Of a stretch of DNA of 64,000 nucleotides, positions 63,926 to 64,000 are shown piece after piece. A model generated the notes under the pieces. That model did no database searches and was not told the DNA's origin. It saw only the letters and a list, made by a program, of their open reading frames with translations. The DNA lies in NCBI GenBank assembly GCA_964234715.1, contig OZ174291.1; one strand, 5' to 3'. The first letter of the stretch is position 1. The number at the start of each line of letters is the position of its first letter. The DNA is from Podarcis melisellensis (Eukaryota). Made by a program: the position numbers and the translations under genes.

Positions 63926-64000
63926 CACGATTTTGAGCAGAGCAGTATCTTTCCCAATCACTTGCCGCTTGAACCTTTTAACTTGAGGTGTCAGGAACTG

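Overview
Vertebrate genomic DNA, inferred to be a squamate and probably a lacertid lizard because it carries Sauria/Squam-type SINEs. It holds two divergently transcribed genes. MTMR3 lies on the minus strand: a CpG-island first exon near 35.3-35.5 kb, two further leader exons and coding exons down to 1195, with the gene continuing beyond the left edge. ASCC2 lies on the plus strand: a CpG island near 47.3 kb and nine coding exons from 50336 to 63410, continuing beyond the right edge. Every coding exon has GT-AG boundaries and the exons join in phase. Introns and intergenic DNA are dense in SINEs, L2/CR1/L1 fragments and Tc1/mariner, hAT and Harbinger MITEs. The standout object is a young Penelope-like retroelement (59537-62185) inside an ASCC2 intron. 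It has a 5'-truncated but uninterrupted RT + GIY-YIG frame, a ~185-aa disordered C-terminal tail, 710-bp inverted arms that appear identical, one minimal hammerhead ribozyme per arm, a 28-nt extra tail on the inverted arm only, and (AT)12 on both flanks. Gene and repeat-family names come from recognition of the sequence, not from database searches.
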